From Spironucleus salmonicida (Eukaryota): a stretch of DNA of 64,000 nt. The notes beneath the pieces are model-generated. The model was given only the letters and a program-made list of their open reading frames with translations. It was not told where the DNA came from and made no database searches. The stretch is taken from NCBI RefSeq assembly GCF_000497125.1, contig NC_090601.1:434001-498000 (forward strand). The letters run 5' to 3'. The position numbers and the translations under genes were made by a program. Positions within the stretch are counted from its first letter, which is position 1. Each line of letters starts with the position of its first letter. Shown here piece by piece: positions 24,000-36,378 of the stretch.

Positions 24000-25307
24000 A
24001 TGCAGAATCCGCTCATCGTCGAGGCCCATGCACAGCTGGGGACAGGAAGCTTCCAGGATGCAGTGAAGCTGGCGCTAAATGCCCTCCAGTACCCAGGGAT
24101 CACCAGGGACGAGGAGTTCGCGCTCTATCTCATCATCATCGAGGCCTACACGGCCGCTCGGGAGTACGCGCTCGCGGAGGCCAACGTGCTGCAGGTTCAG
24201 CAGGTCCTCCCAACACATTCCGGGTTGCGGAAGCAGTTCTACCTCGACGCGGCCAGGGTGTTCGTGGCCCTCGACAAGCCGCTGCAGGCTTTGCAGTTCC
24301 TCGACGACTACCAGTTCGACGGGCTCCCCATGGAATCCGTGTTCTACTCGCTAAGCGCGGCGGCCCAGCTCAGGCTGCGGAACTACCCCGATGCGGCCGT
24401 GTCCCTGCAGAAGTGCGACTCGGTGGAGGCGCAGGCGCAGCTCTTCGCCGTCCAAAACGACGTACCCGGACTCGAGGGCGCGGCCGAGGTGCTGCTGCAG
24501 AACGACCCCAACTTCACCGGCCTGACGCAGATCTGCGCCAACCTCGCGGTGATGTCCGGCGAGTCGCAGAAGGCACTCTACTACGGCCAGAAGTGCCGGG
24601 AGTTCGCCGACATCTGGGGAAACTTCGACGGCGCCGAGCTCCAGCGCCAGGTCCAGTTCGTGGTAGAGGGCGAGTGCGCTGGCCCGGTGGAGGGCATTGT
24701 GGGGGCATTCGTGCTGGTCAGCCGCCGTGAGTACCTCCAGGCCCTGGAGCACATCCAGACCCTGCGGGGTGGCAGCACCCATGAGAAAGCGCTGCTGGCC
24801 CTGTCCGCCCTCTGCTCTGCCGGGCTGGGGGATGCGCCGGCGACCATGACGAAGCTGGACAAGGTCGGGACGCAGACTTCCTTTGCCATGCACGTGACCG
24901 GAGTCTGCTTCCGCCTGCTCGGGAACTACGGCCGCGCCAAGCGGTGCTTCGCCGACGCCCTTAAGACGGTGCCTCCCCGGAGCCTCTTCCGCGCCGAGGT
25001 GCTGACGAGCCTGGGGGAGGTGAAGTGGGTCACCGACGACCTCCAGGGCGCGGTGCGGGACCTGGTGGCCGCGAAGGCGCTCGTGCTCGCCAACTGCGGC
25101 AGGGGTGGGTTCTACGGCCGGGTGTGCGCGCTGCTGGGCCAGATATACGACGTGCTCTACGTCCTGAGCGGCAACAAGGTGATCCGGGGTGAGGCCGTGC
25201 TGGTCGTGGAGGACGCCATCACGGGGCTGGAGGAGCGTGGCCTCGCGGAGGGGGCGGTGTGCAGGGAGCTGCGCGAGCTGCGGGGCAGAATACGCGCCAG
25301 GAGGTGA
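24000..25307 (+). CDS. TPR protein, copy B
   Basis: Differs from 10093-11400 at two residues (I/T, Q/L). Confidence 0.75.
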   Translation: MQNPLIVEAHAQLGTGSFQDAVKLALNALQYPGITRDEEFALYLIIIEAYTAAREYALAEANVLQVQQVLPTHSGLRKQFYLDAARVFVALDKPLQALQFLDDYQFDGLPMESVFYSLSAAAQLRLRNYPDAAVSLQKCDSVEAQAQLFAVQNDVPGLEGAAEVLLQNDPNFTGLTQICANLAVMSGESQKALYYGQKCREFADIWGNFDGAELQRQVQFVVEGECAGPVEGIVGAFVLVSRREYLQALEHIQTLRGGSTHEKALLALSALCSAGLGDAPATMTKLDKVGTQTSFAMHVTGVCFRLLGNYGRAKRCFADALKTVPPRSLFRAEVLTSLGEVKWVTDDLQGAVRDLVAAKALVLANCGRGGFYGRVCALLGQIYDVLYVLSGNKVIRGEAVLVVEDAITGLEERGLAEGAVCRELRELRGRIRARR

Positions 25308-25319
25308 GAATTGGTTAGG

Positions 25320-25766
25320 TCACTCGGGGTTGAACATCTGTTTGAACATGACCGCCACGTCGAAGAACTCCACGTCGTCCATGAAGTCCTTGATGTCCTG
25401 GCTGGGACCGCCGACGATCCTGCCGACCACGAGCTGCGTGAGCCTCTTCTCGAGCTCTGGCATGTTCTTGCCGTGGTGCTTGATGAGGCACCTGAAGCTG
25501 TCGTCCACGCCCATATCGGTGATCCTGTCCTGCCCAGGGTGCCGAGAGATGTAGTCAGTCACGTCAAAGACCACGCCGCCCATCACTATGTGCTGCCTGC
25601 CGTTCTGGTTGAGGTCGGCCGCTGTCATATCCTTGATGCTCATTCCGTTTGTATACTTAGCGAGGAGTTATCGAAGATAATATTGCGGTTTATCGTTACG
25701 CGAAGGTACCGGAATCTAAACTGGACGCCAAGAAGGGCTCGCCGTTCTAGGAGTATTGGGTAGCAT
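25320..25766 (-). CDS. Cytochrome b5-like protein, copy B
   Basis: One L/M difference near the C-terminus versus copy A. Confidence 0.85.
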
Positions 25767-26637
25767 GCGGGATGGATCTGCCGGTGCGGGGCGGGGTGTC
25801 AGGGTCGGGCGGTTTCATGGGGCGCGTCCCGTTTAGTTTTGTGGTAAAATGTAGTACTGAATTTTTTACTGGAATAGATTTTTGATTATATAACTGGTAT
25901 TAATAACTATACGTTTAGGCATATGGTATATTCAATATTGGTGTTTGCATATTCTAAACTAAATTATTATTAAGTTCATACTAATAGTTTTCACATCTTA
26001 TTATTGATATAAAATGTAACTTCATTACTAATAAATAATATATTTAAATTTTTCTATTAATTTACTTTTCAAGATTGTATTAATTTTAAATTAAAAATTA
26101 CCTTATTTCTCACATATTATAATATATTTTAAATTATCCTCCTGTATTATAATTTTTTATAAAATTAAATATATACTAGATACTGTTCGAATTCTAAAAA
26201 TATAACTTAGTTTAATTAATAGCATTCAAAAATATATATTTAGCATAAATTTAGTTCATTAACAGTTTATAACCTACTAACAAAGATATATAACAATTGA
26301 TTATCTGTTATTCTATCATTATCTCTTGGTTTGTTCAATAAAAATATATTTATTAGTTAATTTTTATATTAAAATACTAATTCTGTATGAATTGATTTAA
26401 TAATATAATACATTGCGACTATTAAATTTTTATTTTAGAATAGTATAAAATCAGAACTACAAATCAATATGTGTTTCGTCATTAATATACCTTTAAATAT
26501 CTAATACTGATTTATATTTTTACTGTATTTAGATTAAAATACTATACATAACTATAAAGTCACTTAATCACTTAAGTGAAAAAACGAATTATCCTATATG
26601 AATATTATGTTCATATAAATATTATTAACGTTAAATA

Positions 26638-28257
26638 ATGTTAATTTTACTATAATTTTCTTGCTTTGAAGATGACTCATAGGTTATCTATAACCCTATA
26701 ACAGCTTAGGTTACATTTACAGCAAAATATATTACTACTGAAACTTAATTATGTAGTTTTCTTCTATAAAAAACTGCTACACCTCAGATAAAACTAGGAC
26801 CTATCAGTTTTATAGGAAATCCTATGATCTTTACTTCAGAAGATAACATATTTTTAGTATTAGATTGCCCTACTCCAATATGTGCTACAGAATGTAGTAC
26901 TTCATTTGATTCTAAAACCTGTCGAGATTGTAAGGTTCAAAGAACAAAACTTTGTGCACCAGCTTCTGAAGCAACTGTAGCCCAAATAGAATATATATTT
27001 AATGAAGAAAACATCTAGATGGAATTTGCTGCTGGAAAATTTCTAGTATCAGCTAGCATAAGAGGTGGGTGTTTTTAAAATTACAAAGTATTATATACAT
27101 AAAATCAACTTATTTTTAGTGGAACCCCATTTTTATGTCCTATTGAATTGACTGCAGAAGCGATAGCTGCTTAAGCAGCCAATAATTGCAAAAAACCAAT
27201 TGGGATAACTCCAGTAGATTGTCCATGGATATAGGTAGTAATAAACGATCAGGTTATTAGTGTCGATGCATATAAAAAAGAGGACCTCTTAAGTATGGGA
27301 TCTTTTAAAATGGATTGTGATGTTATAGATAGTTCTTATTAAAAATTATGTCAGTAACTCATGAAAGAAGTAAATTAGTTAAATGATGTAACTATTTAGA
27401 TTCAACTTGCTGTTGCTATTAAAAGAAATATTGGTACTACTCCGAAAATAGATATGCCTTTAATGGAATCATACTTAATAACTGGAAATGTTAATGAAAT
27501 TACAGCAAAAGATAGCTCAGATTGCTTTTAAGATATATAAATAGATGCTTTTGAACATGTTAGTATACTTCATTTAAAATGGAATAACAGTCCAAAGAAT
27601 TGTCCTGATGAAAAGTATGATCAAGTTATAGTTGAGATATCTGGTTTTACTAGCGATTTTTATCAATATAACAATATTTTACCCAGCATCACATCAGAAA
27701 TTGAATCATTTGAAATAGCTTGTACTAATGCAGTAAATCAGACTGAATGTATAGGGAATTATTCCATAGCATTAAATGACTATCGGGTGAATTAAGTTTT
27801 GTAATTAATCTATTTAAAGGATGAATAAATAGTATCTACGAACAAATTTTCAGTATCATTAGATTAAGAATAATTTAGGAACGCTACAATTGTTATTTTT
27901 GAAGAATCTATTTGTGTTCATATAGATCATGTTCCATGGGCTAAAGTTATATCAGGTGACCTTGATTTATAATTAATAATGAATGACTAAAATATTAAAT
28001 GGAGATAACTTTATAAATCAGACAAAACTCCTTATTGTTCCGCAATCTCACGATTGACATCATCCAAGATATCTTTTGATTGTCTTTCTAGCTAAGGACA
28101 ATTATTTGTAAATGGAAATGAAATGCCAGTAGAAAAGTGTTAAAATGCATAACCACCAGCATTATTCTGGAAATAAGTATTAATATTAGGTATAGGATTT
28201 TCTGGATTTTGTGCACTAGTGGTTTTAATCTTCTTCACAAGGCGTATAAAGGAGTGA
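26638..28257 (+). CDS. Cysteine-containing type I membrane protein, 539 aa
   Basis: Short hydrophobic N-terminus, spaced Cys, C-terminal TM (VLILGIGFSGFCALVVLIFF) plus basic tail; ends GAG-TGA. Confidence 0.8.
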
Positions 28258-28275
28258 GATAAAATATTTTTGCAA

Positions 28276-29706
28276 TCATAAGAATTTTTATTCATCCGTT
28301 TTGGCGTTTAGAAACGCTAGAGATAGGGAAAAACAAATAATCGCTATAAAGAATATTACTAATGTATTGTTTACATTTTATGAAACATGTATAACATAGT
28401 AATATTAAGTATAATAGTCAAGACCTTACTCTTTAACGGTAAGAATAAATTCAACATATTAACCTATATACTATTTATAATCATCAAATCTCCACGCAAA
28501 AATATATCTTTATACTTGGTATAATTCGGATCTTAACATATCCTCTCCAGGTATGTAAATCTCAGCTTGTATTTCAAAGTCTAGATTTTAAGTAAACACA
28601 AATATAAACTGTCCATCCTTAAAATAACTATATAGATTTATTTTGTATTACACTTCATCTATTATACTCTTATAACTAACTCTTCTCCACAATGCACCAG
28701 TTTTTTAGTTTTTCAAATATATAGTAACTGGGAATTCACGCAATAAATCTTAATTAATAATATGACGTGCCTACTAAATCTTATAAACACATACTGTATA
28801 TAGATCTATATCCCAGATGGCATTGCAGAATATACCAAAGTATTAATAAAACTCATCATATTCTAGAAGAAAAAATAATTCCCCAATCTAAACTTAAATA
28901 GATGTCTAATCTATCTAAGATGGTAATGGGTCATCATTTAATAGAAGAATGGTAGTTATAAACTAATCTTCATCGATAGACAATAGTTAAACGATGGAGA
29001 TATTCTATAGAGAATTAACAAATATATTGTAATAATCTAAAGTCGTTAAGAACCCAAAAATACTAAAATCTACAGTAATTGTAACTTGATTGTGTTAATA
29101 TAAGAACTATTATTTTAGGCGTTCATAACATTAAAATTCATTGCCACAACAATGATAGTATGCTTTATATTCAGCATCTGAATCTAAAGCAGCATCTTAA
29201 TTACAATCTATAGAATTTGAATTAGACAAATTAAGATGTTCTCTAGTAAAAGATTATTATACAATATCATCATTATCTGAAATAAAATAAACTGTAAAAT
29301 TTATGAGATGGATATTAAATGGACAATTATTATCATTGAATAAAAGTGCTAATATACCATTCTGAGCATTTATATGTAAACCAGTAAGTGATAAACAGGA
29401 AACCATTGTTTCATCGACAAAAATCAATTGATTTATTAACCTTGGTATATTTTAATCCAGATCGAGAGATAACGTTGCATATGTAATATCATCAACATTA
29501 ATATGATTAATATGAAACTACAGTGGATGCAATATGTCTGGATTTGCAGTTTATGAAACAAAAAAAGATTCTGTTCCAATTGTTAACTTTGCCGTAAATC
29601 TATTTAATTACTACCTATTATTTTTTATTCTAATATCAATTAAAGCTTTTGTTTAAGAGATCATCAAAGGTGAGGTGATTTAATAGTTTAAAATAAATAA
29701 TAGCAT
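28276..29706 (-). CDS. Type I membrane protein, 476 aa; distant paralog of 36379-37860
   Basis: Signal-like N-terminus, C-terminal TM, shared NGILALLFNDNNC and HCCGNEFQC blocks. Confidence 0.75.
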
Positions 29707-30242
29707 TTTTATAAAGATGCAATATAATATGTAAGTAAATATAATATGAATGAGTGGTTAATATGTTTACTATATAAGAATATATAATACTTAGAATATA
29801 TATTTGAGCTCGTATTAAGATAAATTATGACATAATATAAATATGTGATTATAATGCATTAACAATATTTATATTATTTTGAAGGAATTATTAAAAATAT
29901 AATTAAATTTGCTAAAATACGATATATGATTAAATATTTATGCTAATATAATATTCAAATTGTCATCTTTATAATATTATTTATTATTAAATTACATTAC
30001 CATTACGCCAATAAAATAAAAGGATGCGAATCTCAGTCACCTACTAAAATTTATATTACCATTCGAGGTTTATTATAGGAAATTAAAATCTCTTAAATCC
30101 TTAGTTACATCTCATAGTTACTAAAAAGAGTATTATTTTTTATAAATTCACACTACTTTTTTCAAAGTTTTATATATTATTATACATATTCCATGAATAT
30201 TAATTCCTCTACATTTGTAGGACCTAGCGCTTTATCTAATAA

Positions 30243-32825
30243 ATGCCCCTCCGCTAGCCAACGGATGACAAAACCACCATGCTAGAACACTAAATTACAG
30301 GCTCTATCGTCATTGATTCTGGCATTAAAACAATCCAAAAGCTCCCGCACAATCCACTGAAGCAGAAAAAACTCAACATTTTCGAGCAGCGTAACAAGAG
30401 CAAACCCAAGGCGAAGCAGGCTCAGCTACCACTGAAACCTCCCAAAGAGACCGTTGAAATCTCCCAGAATTCGTTCGAAAATTCCGTTTAGCACCTCCCT
30501 TCCGTTTCGAATTTCCGTTCCCCTGGATCAGTCCAGCAGACGACAATTCGCGTCGCAAACCCCGAAATCCAGGAGCTTACAGAACTGACTGAGGACTTCA
30601 ACACGGTCCCGCGTCCCCAGCTCCAGCATAGCTCCGTCGCGAAGCTCAACGCCGCGTTCCGGCAGAAGCGCTCCATCGATCGCTCGAATCAGTCAGTTTC
30701 AGACATCTCCATCTCGCAGAAGTCCGCCCATCGCTCCATGCTCCCGAACCGTGCCTACAAGCTGCCCAAAACGACCACTTTCGGGAAGCGCGAAATGGAG
30801 GTCACGCAGGACGCCAAGAAGTTCCTCCTCGGCTTCTCGGACGAGCGCATTGCGATCGCGCTCCAGAACTTCAAAAATGGCACCATCACGACCGATTTGC
30901 GCCAGATCCAGTCAGCTATTTACGTCTCGTCGATCAACACGCAGATCAACGACTACCACAAGAGCTTTATCGGGAGCGATATGTCCTCCGCCTGGCCGCA
31001 CTACTTGTGGATCAGCCTCTGGGTCATGCTGGCCTCCTGCGCAATCACGCTCAGCATCGTTTTCGGATGGATCAAGGTCATGCTGGAGATTCTATCCTAT
31101 ATGTTCTACTTTTTCATCAGTCTGGAGTACATTCTCATGTTTGCAGCACTCAAAACTGGATAATATCCTACAAAACCTGTTATGGGTGAGGATGAAACGG
31201 TAAAAATCAGGAACAACAAAATCTGCCTCATTATACCCGTGGGATGGGGTATTGGTGGGTTGGACGAACAATAGAAGATCGAAAAACGCTAAGGTAAAAT
31301 TGATGTACTTACAAACACAATTGATGCTGCCAATGATGTTTTCGAGGCGTAGGATATTTTCATTTTCCATAATTCATCGGATCAGGTGCTTCCTGACGAG
31401 GTTATGTTCAAGTGCTGTGAAAACCGTTCTATTTATGTTCCAATTGCTATGGGTTCAAAATCAATTGCTGCTTATTATGGAGCACTCTTAGGTCAACATT
31501 TAGGATACGAATATTGTATAGTAATGGACGATGATACTAGGCTGCCACGCGAGCTTGGCATAGTATTGAATTCTGATCTTAAAGATGATGCTTACTGTAT
31601 GGCTATAGCTGCATCGTCAAATGATGATTTATCAACTATTTCTAACAAAGCACGCCTGCTAATCGGACTTTAAGATATTGAATATAAATTGTCAGACCTT
31701 GCGAAACTCACACAATCAAATTGGTCAAACACCGCATCTGTGCTTGCCCCTCATGGGGCTATCAACATGTGGCGCACTAATATGCTTACAATTATCATGA
31801 ATGAGCATAACTGCATTTTCCACGGAGAGGATTACTAAATGGGTCTCATAATGAGAATGAAATGGCCAAAATCGAAGCTGGGCATCATAAGTAATTGCAT
31901 TATCAATACAGTAGCCCCTGCAACACTCAAAGAGCTCTATTTCTAACGCTATACCTCATGGGATCTTGCAGCACAGCAGTTCCTATGGGGTGGTTTTTGT
32001 GCTTCTCAGCGTTCAGCACATTACATGCAGGTACTTTTCTGCTTACCATGCTCTGTAGATAACATTTACCTCAGAATAACAACGTTAGAAGATGTGTGGA
32101 CGGTTATGCAAGATTATCTGCGCGTCGTCCTACTCTCATACCACATCATTACTTCAATGGTTTGGGGAATTGTGAATATCCCAGTAATGGTTATGTATTT
32201 AGTCGTTTTAGGCTCATAATGGGTCATTGCCTGGTGCCTCTAGTATGTAAAGTTCGGGAAGCGGCCAGATCTTGCGGTAGAAAAATAATTTAAGCTACGC
32301 ACGGTGCTAATCTTTCCAATTTACCGCTTCTGCTTCTCGTTCGTCCGTGTAGCAGCGTTGTGCCGTTTTATGCTCAAGTTTGAGAGTATAAAGCGGAACG
32401 CCACGCCGATCAAGTAGATGAACCTTCCGTAACCAGAAGTAGACGGGGGACTGTTCTGCGGGTCTAAGGAGCGGGAAGACGTAGACGTCGAAAAGATCTA
32501 GCAGGTTATCAAAATGACATTAGAGAAGGTTTAGGGCTAACGTAGGAATTTTGTTGCAGGTAGCTACATTGAAAATAGTTTTAGAGGTAAAAGTGAAAAA
32601 ATTGGAAGAGAAATGGATATAGAAAGAGGAAACTAAGGGGAAATTGGAAATTAAAGCGGACATTTGAATTTTAATGATAATGATACTGGAGTAGATAGTC
32701 GTAATTAAAGTCAAAATGGGATTGGGGAAAATGGTATACGGAATAGTTTCATTTAGGATAAAAGCATGCGAAAAGAGGGACTTGGTAGGCAGGAATTAGA
32801 TGTTTCTGTTGTCGAGGAAGAGTGA
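30243..32825 (+). CDS. Membrane-integrated processive GT2 glycosyltransferase (chitin/hyaluronan-synthase-like), 860 aa
   Basis: TM helices flank a catalytic domain with MDDDT, QDIEY, APHGAINMWR, GED and QRYTSW (QxxRW-like). Confidence 0.85.
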
Positions 32826-33006
32826 GCTGTTGGAATATTATATAGAAAATAGGTAGAATCCTATAAAGTGTGCAAACGTTAGTTTGACACAATAAGTGAT
32901 ACTAAATCATAATATTAATGTAATAAAAATTGTAGATATTTGTTAAAAACTTAAATAGTAACATTAGTAATATTCATTATTAATTACATATGAAAAACTC
33001 TATTAA

Positions 33007-33234
33007 ATGACGAAAGTGAATAATGAATATTCAGATTTAAAGTAAGCAATAACTCCTCATGCAACTTTTGCTGTGGATGATTTATATGAGTACTTACCGT
33101 TTACTTGCTTGTTCTTCCTAATCCTAGTGTTTTTACTTTCATTTATAGGATGCTAACATAAAGTTAGTAGATGGTCGAATATCTTTATAAACAGAAAATA
33201 TAGCTCTCTAAAATAAAGATATGCAGTTTTGTGA
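33007..33234 (+). CDS. Small single-TM protein, 75 aa
   Basis: Hydrophobic LPFTCLFFLILVFLLSFIGC; open under table 6. Confidence 0.5.
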
Positions 33235-34049
33235 GTTAAAAACATGACTTTTATTTTCCTTAGATTAATAAAAATTAATAGAATCTCCATTAGTGAATTT
33301 GGATTTTACTTACTATATAATAAGTATTATGTATAGTAATATTTTCCGACTAAAATGTTAATCATACATAAAGTTAATAAGTAACAAAGAAGCATCTTAA
33401 TTTTTATAAATCTTAAAATAATTATTATGTTTGCTAAAACATTAAGGGATTAGTAACTATACTTAGAATATTTTATGATATATTATTGTTAAATTAATAT
33501 AAGTACGAAAATAAAAAACTTATCTAGTTTAGATTATTATTAATTTGTATAGATAATGTTATATACTACATAAATATAATTTTTTCATTATAAATATAAA
33601 GAACATTCTAAATAGTTATTAAGATGTAATTAGCTAGGTATTATTATCATGAAAATTACCTTTGTAGTTTTTGAATTGTTGCAAAAAATTTAAATACAAA
33701 AAAATTATGAAAATATTGACAGGTTCCATTCACAAAACATGATTAATACTTGACATGATGTAGAAAAGATAAATTACTAGTCTGAAAGTAATTATTAATT
33801 GAGTTAAACTAAAAATACTGTCGTCAAAAACTACATATAAAAACTAATGTGAACTACGATTCCATATATAACTAGGTAAATAAAAAATATATAATTGCAT
33901 TGATACTACTTAATTGAAATCAAAAAAATGTAGTTTATATTTTTATATATCATTATATTTATAATATTAATATTTAAATGTATATGTACAACTGGACTTA
34001 TGAATATTAGTATATATATGATAGATATTGAGATTTTTAATAATTAAAA

Positions 34050-34541
34050 ATGTAAGATAAAATAGTAGCGAAACTTTACTCTTAAGTTCCTAGTAAATTA
34101 TCAAAATTGAATGAAAGAACATAATCATCTACTTTTTCTGTTACAAATTCTAAGTTCAGCGGTGTGTATGCGATCTACACGCCAAAGGTTGGTGTGGACA
34201 AGTTTCTTGACAATGCTAGCTGCATGCCCATGTACAACCAGGAGAATTTCAAGCTGGATAAGTTTGAAACGAAAGACGTGTCAGAAGGCGTTAAGCTGAA
34301 TACGCTGAGCTTGTCAGGACGGCATACCGTGGAGCTCAGGCTGATTACCGTTGCCTCCCAACTAGACGGTAAGCGGGCGGTCATCTAGTACTGCGAGGAG
34401 AACTTGAACGGTCATATTTTTGTTTAGGACGGTGAGAGCGTCCGCTTCTGGTCCCATTTCGACGTTCCTGGCGCCCCGGCGATGATATTGAACCTGGCAG
34501 CGAAGAAGAAGGCGCTGCAGCTGGCCATGCTGGACGAGTGA
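34050..34541 (+). CDS. Hypothetical protein, 163 aa (possibly START/SRPBCC-like fold)
   Basis: ATG 34050 to GAG-TGA; first 30 codons lie outside repeat R3. Fold guess is based only on the C-terminal DVPGAPAMILNLAA helix. Confidence 0.65.
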
Positions 34542-34715
34542 GCGAGGGGTGTTTTACTGACATTATTACCGTTTCACTGCTGCACGAGACTACCAGGATA
34601 CCTTAGATGCACTAGGCCCGATAACTGCGACCTCTGATTCAAATTTACCTCCGGTACCTTAAAAGGTCGCACCGCTATCCGCTCCATATACCGCCGCAGT
34701 GCACCAGCGACCACC

Positions 34716-35369
34716 TCAGAATACGTCGCCGTTCAGTATCAGCTTTCGGGCCATGTCCTCCTCGCTGATGTCCTCCTCCAGAAACTTCATCACCACATCC
34801 TCCTTGTAAATCCTGCCCAGGCCATCCTTTTAGTCCCTAATCTTCAAATCCAGCGCCTGGTTTTGTATGTCGAGCTTCTCACTCCCCAGCTGGACCAGCT
34901 GCCTGTTATCCATCTTCGCCATCTGAATCTGCTGCGCCACCTGCCGCTCCACCTCGGACAGCGCGCCAGCCTGGCTCAGCTCTTTGTACTTCTTCACTGT
35001 CTGCGCGCTAGTGACTCGGGACTCGGCCTCAAAGACCGTCTGCCTCAATACTTTCATCTCGGCGTCGCTCTTCCGCTAAATAGCCAGCATCGCGAACTTA
35101 TCGTGCTCCGCGAGCTCGGTTATGGCCTTTACCGCCTTCTACTTTAGCTGAATTTTCCGCTGCTGGTGCTGCGTCATCAGAATCTCAATCTGGTCTGTGA
35201 GGCTGAGACCCTGAGTGGCGCCGTATCGCGTTAGAACGTTTTGAACCTGGTGCATCAGCTGGCCTTGCTGCTTTAGCTGCTACTTGAGCTGCCTGTTCTC
35301 CTGGTCCAGCTCCTCGAGCAGCTCGCGCTGGGTCTGGTTCAGGAGCTGTAGATTGGTCGAATTTAGCAT
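34716..35369 (-). CDS. Coiled-coil protein, 217 aa
   Basis: CTTCCTCCAAAATG start context; Q/E/L-rich heptads. Confidence 0.75.
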
Positions 35370-35411
35370 TTTGGAGGAAGTTGGTATGCGTATAATAAAT
35401 ATACGCACGAA

Positions 35412-36326
35412 ATGGAAAGCTTGCACCAGCAGCTTAGCCTGGGCATCTCGAACGGAGTCAGCTGCACCGTTAGCATTGATGTTGCAGCTGCAGTTGTGCT
35501 TATTGAGCAGCTGATTTGTGAGTTTGCTGGCCCGTCGGCCACATTGCAGCTCGTCGTACTCTGCGATGACATTGACATCGCAGGGGCGCTGAGGGTGACT
35601 CAGAGCGTCCAAAAGGCACCGAAGGAGGCTGCAGTCGTTTCTCTGTCCAAGGAGAGCTTCTTGTTCTAGGAGCGGAGGCTTTTCCTGCGGATGAAACACG
35701 TGACTGCCATTTTTGCGATCAACGGCGTAATCGGGCGCGAAGACCTGCACCAGACCACCAATGCTGTATTTATATCGTTTACTTCGACAGGTGGTGCATC
35801 GAATGCAATCAGGCTAGGCCACCAGTCCGAGACTAGCCGGATCTACTATTACCGCCTACAGAGCCCAGCTTTAGTATTCACGCTGCTGCATAAGATACGC
35901 ACTGTGTACAGTGCAAGGCGGTAGGTTATTATAGTCTCGGATGCAGTTACCGTGCACTTTGCCTTCAAGAAGCGCTGCGTTCTCAGCGAGTGCTTCACCT
36001 CGGCCATGAGCCCGAGAACACGTGCGCTGGCCCTCTAGCGGTACTTTTCGAACCCTGCTCACACGCTCGTCTGCGAGGACTTGATGCTGGAAATCTCCAC
36101 ATTGCAGGACGTTAACCTCATAGTGGTGGAGTATCGAGAGGACCGCCTGCTCCATGATACCTTAAACCGCATCTAGCAGCTCAACTTCAGGGGGGACCTC
36201 GTGGTTTTTAGCTTTGAGCGCGCGCTGGCCATGCCTGGGACAGTGGAGCTGGACACGTCGTTCCGATAGTAGCGTTTGGGAACAGTTGGGATCAAACAGC
36301 CGAGGCGCGATGCCTGCGACCTATGA
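35412..36326 (+). CDS. Hypothetical protein, 304 aa, possibly a degenerate RecA-like helicase fold
   Basis: Open under table 6; alternating alpha/beta pattern; weak helicase C-domain resemblance. Confidence 0.65.
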
Positions 36327-36378
36327 TTAATACTAAAGAATACCTTCTACATTTCGGTTTTTCTGGAAAAGTATTTCC

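Larger units (their letters stand above)
21414..25849. repeat. Segmental duplication R2, copy B
   Basis: Direct match to 7507-11942. Confidence 0.97.
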
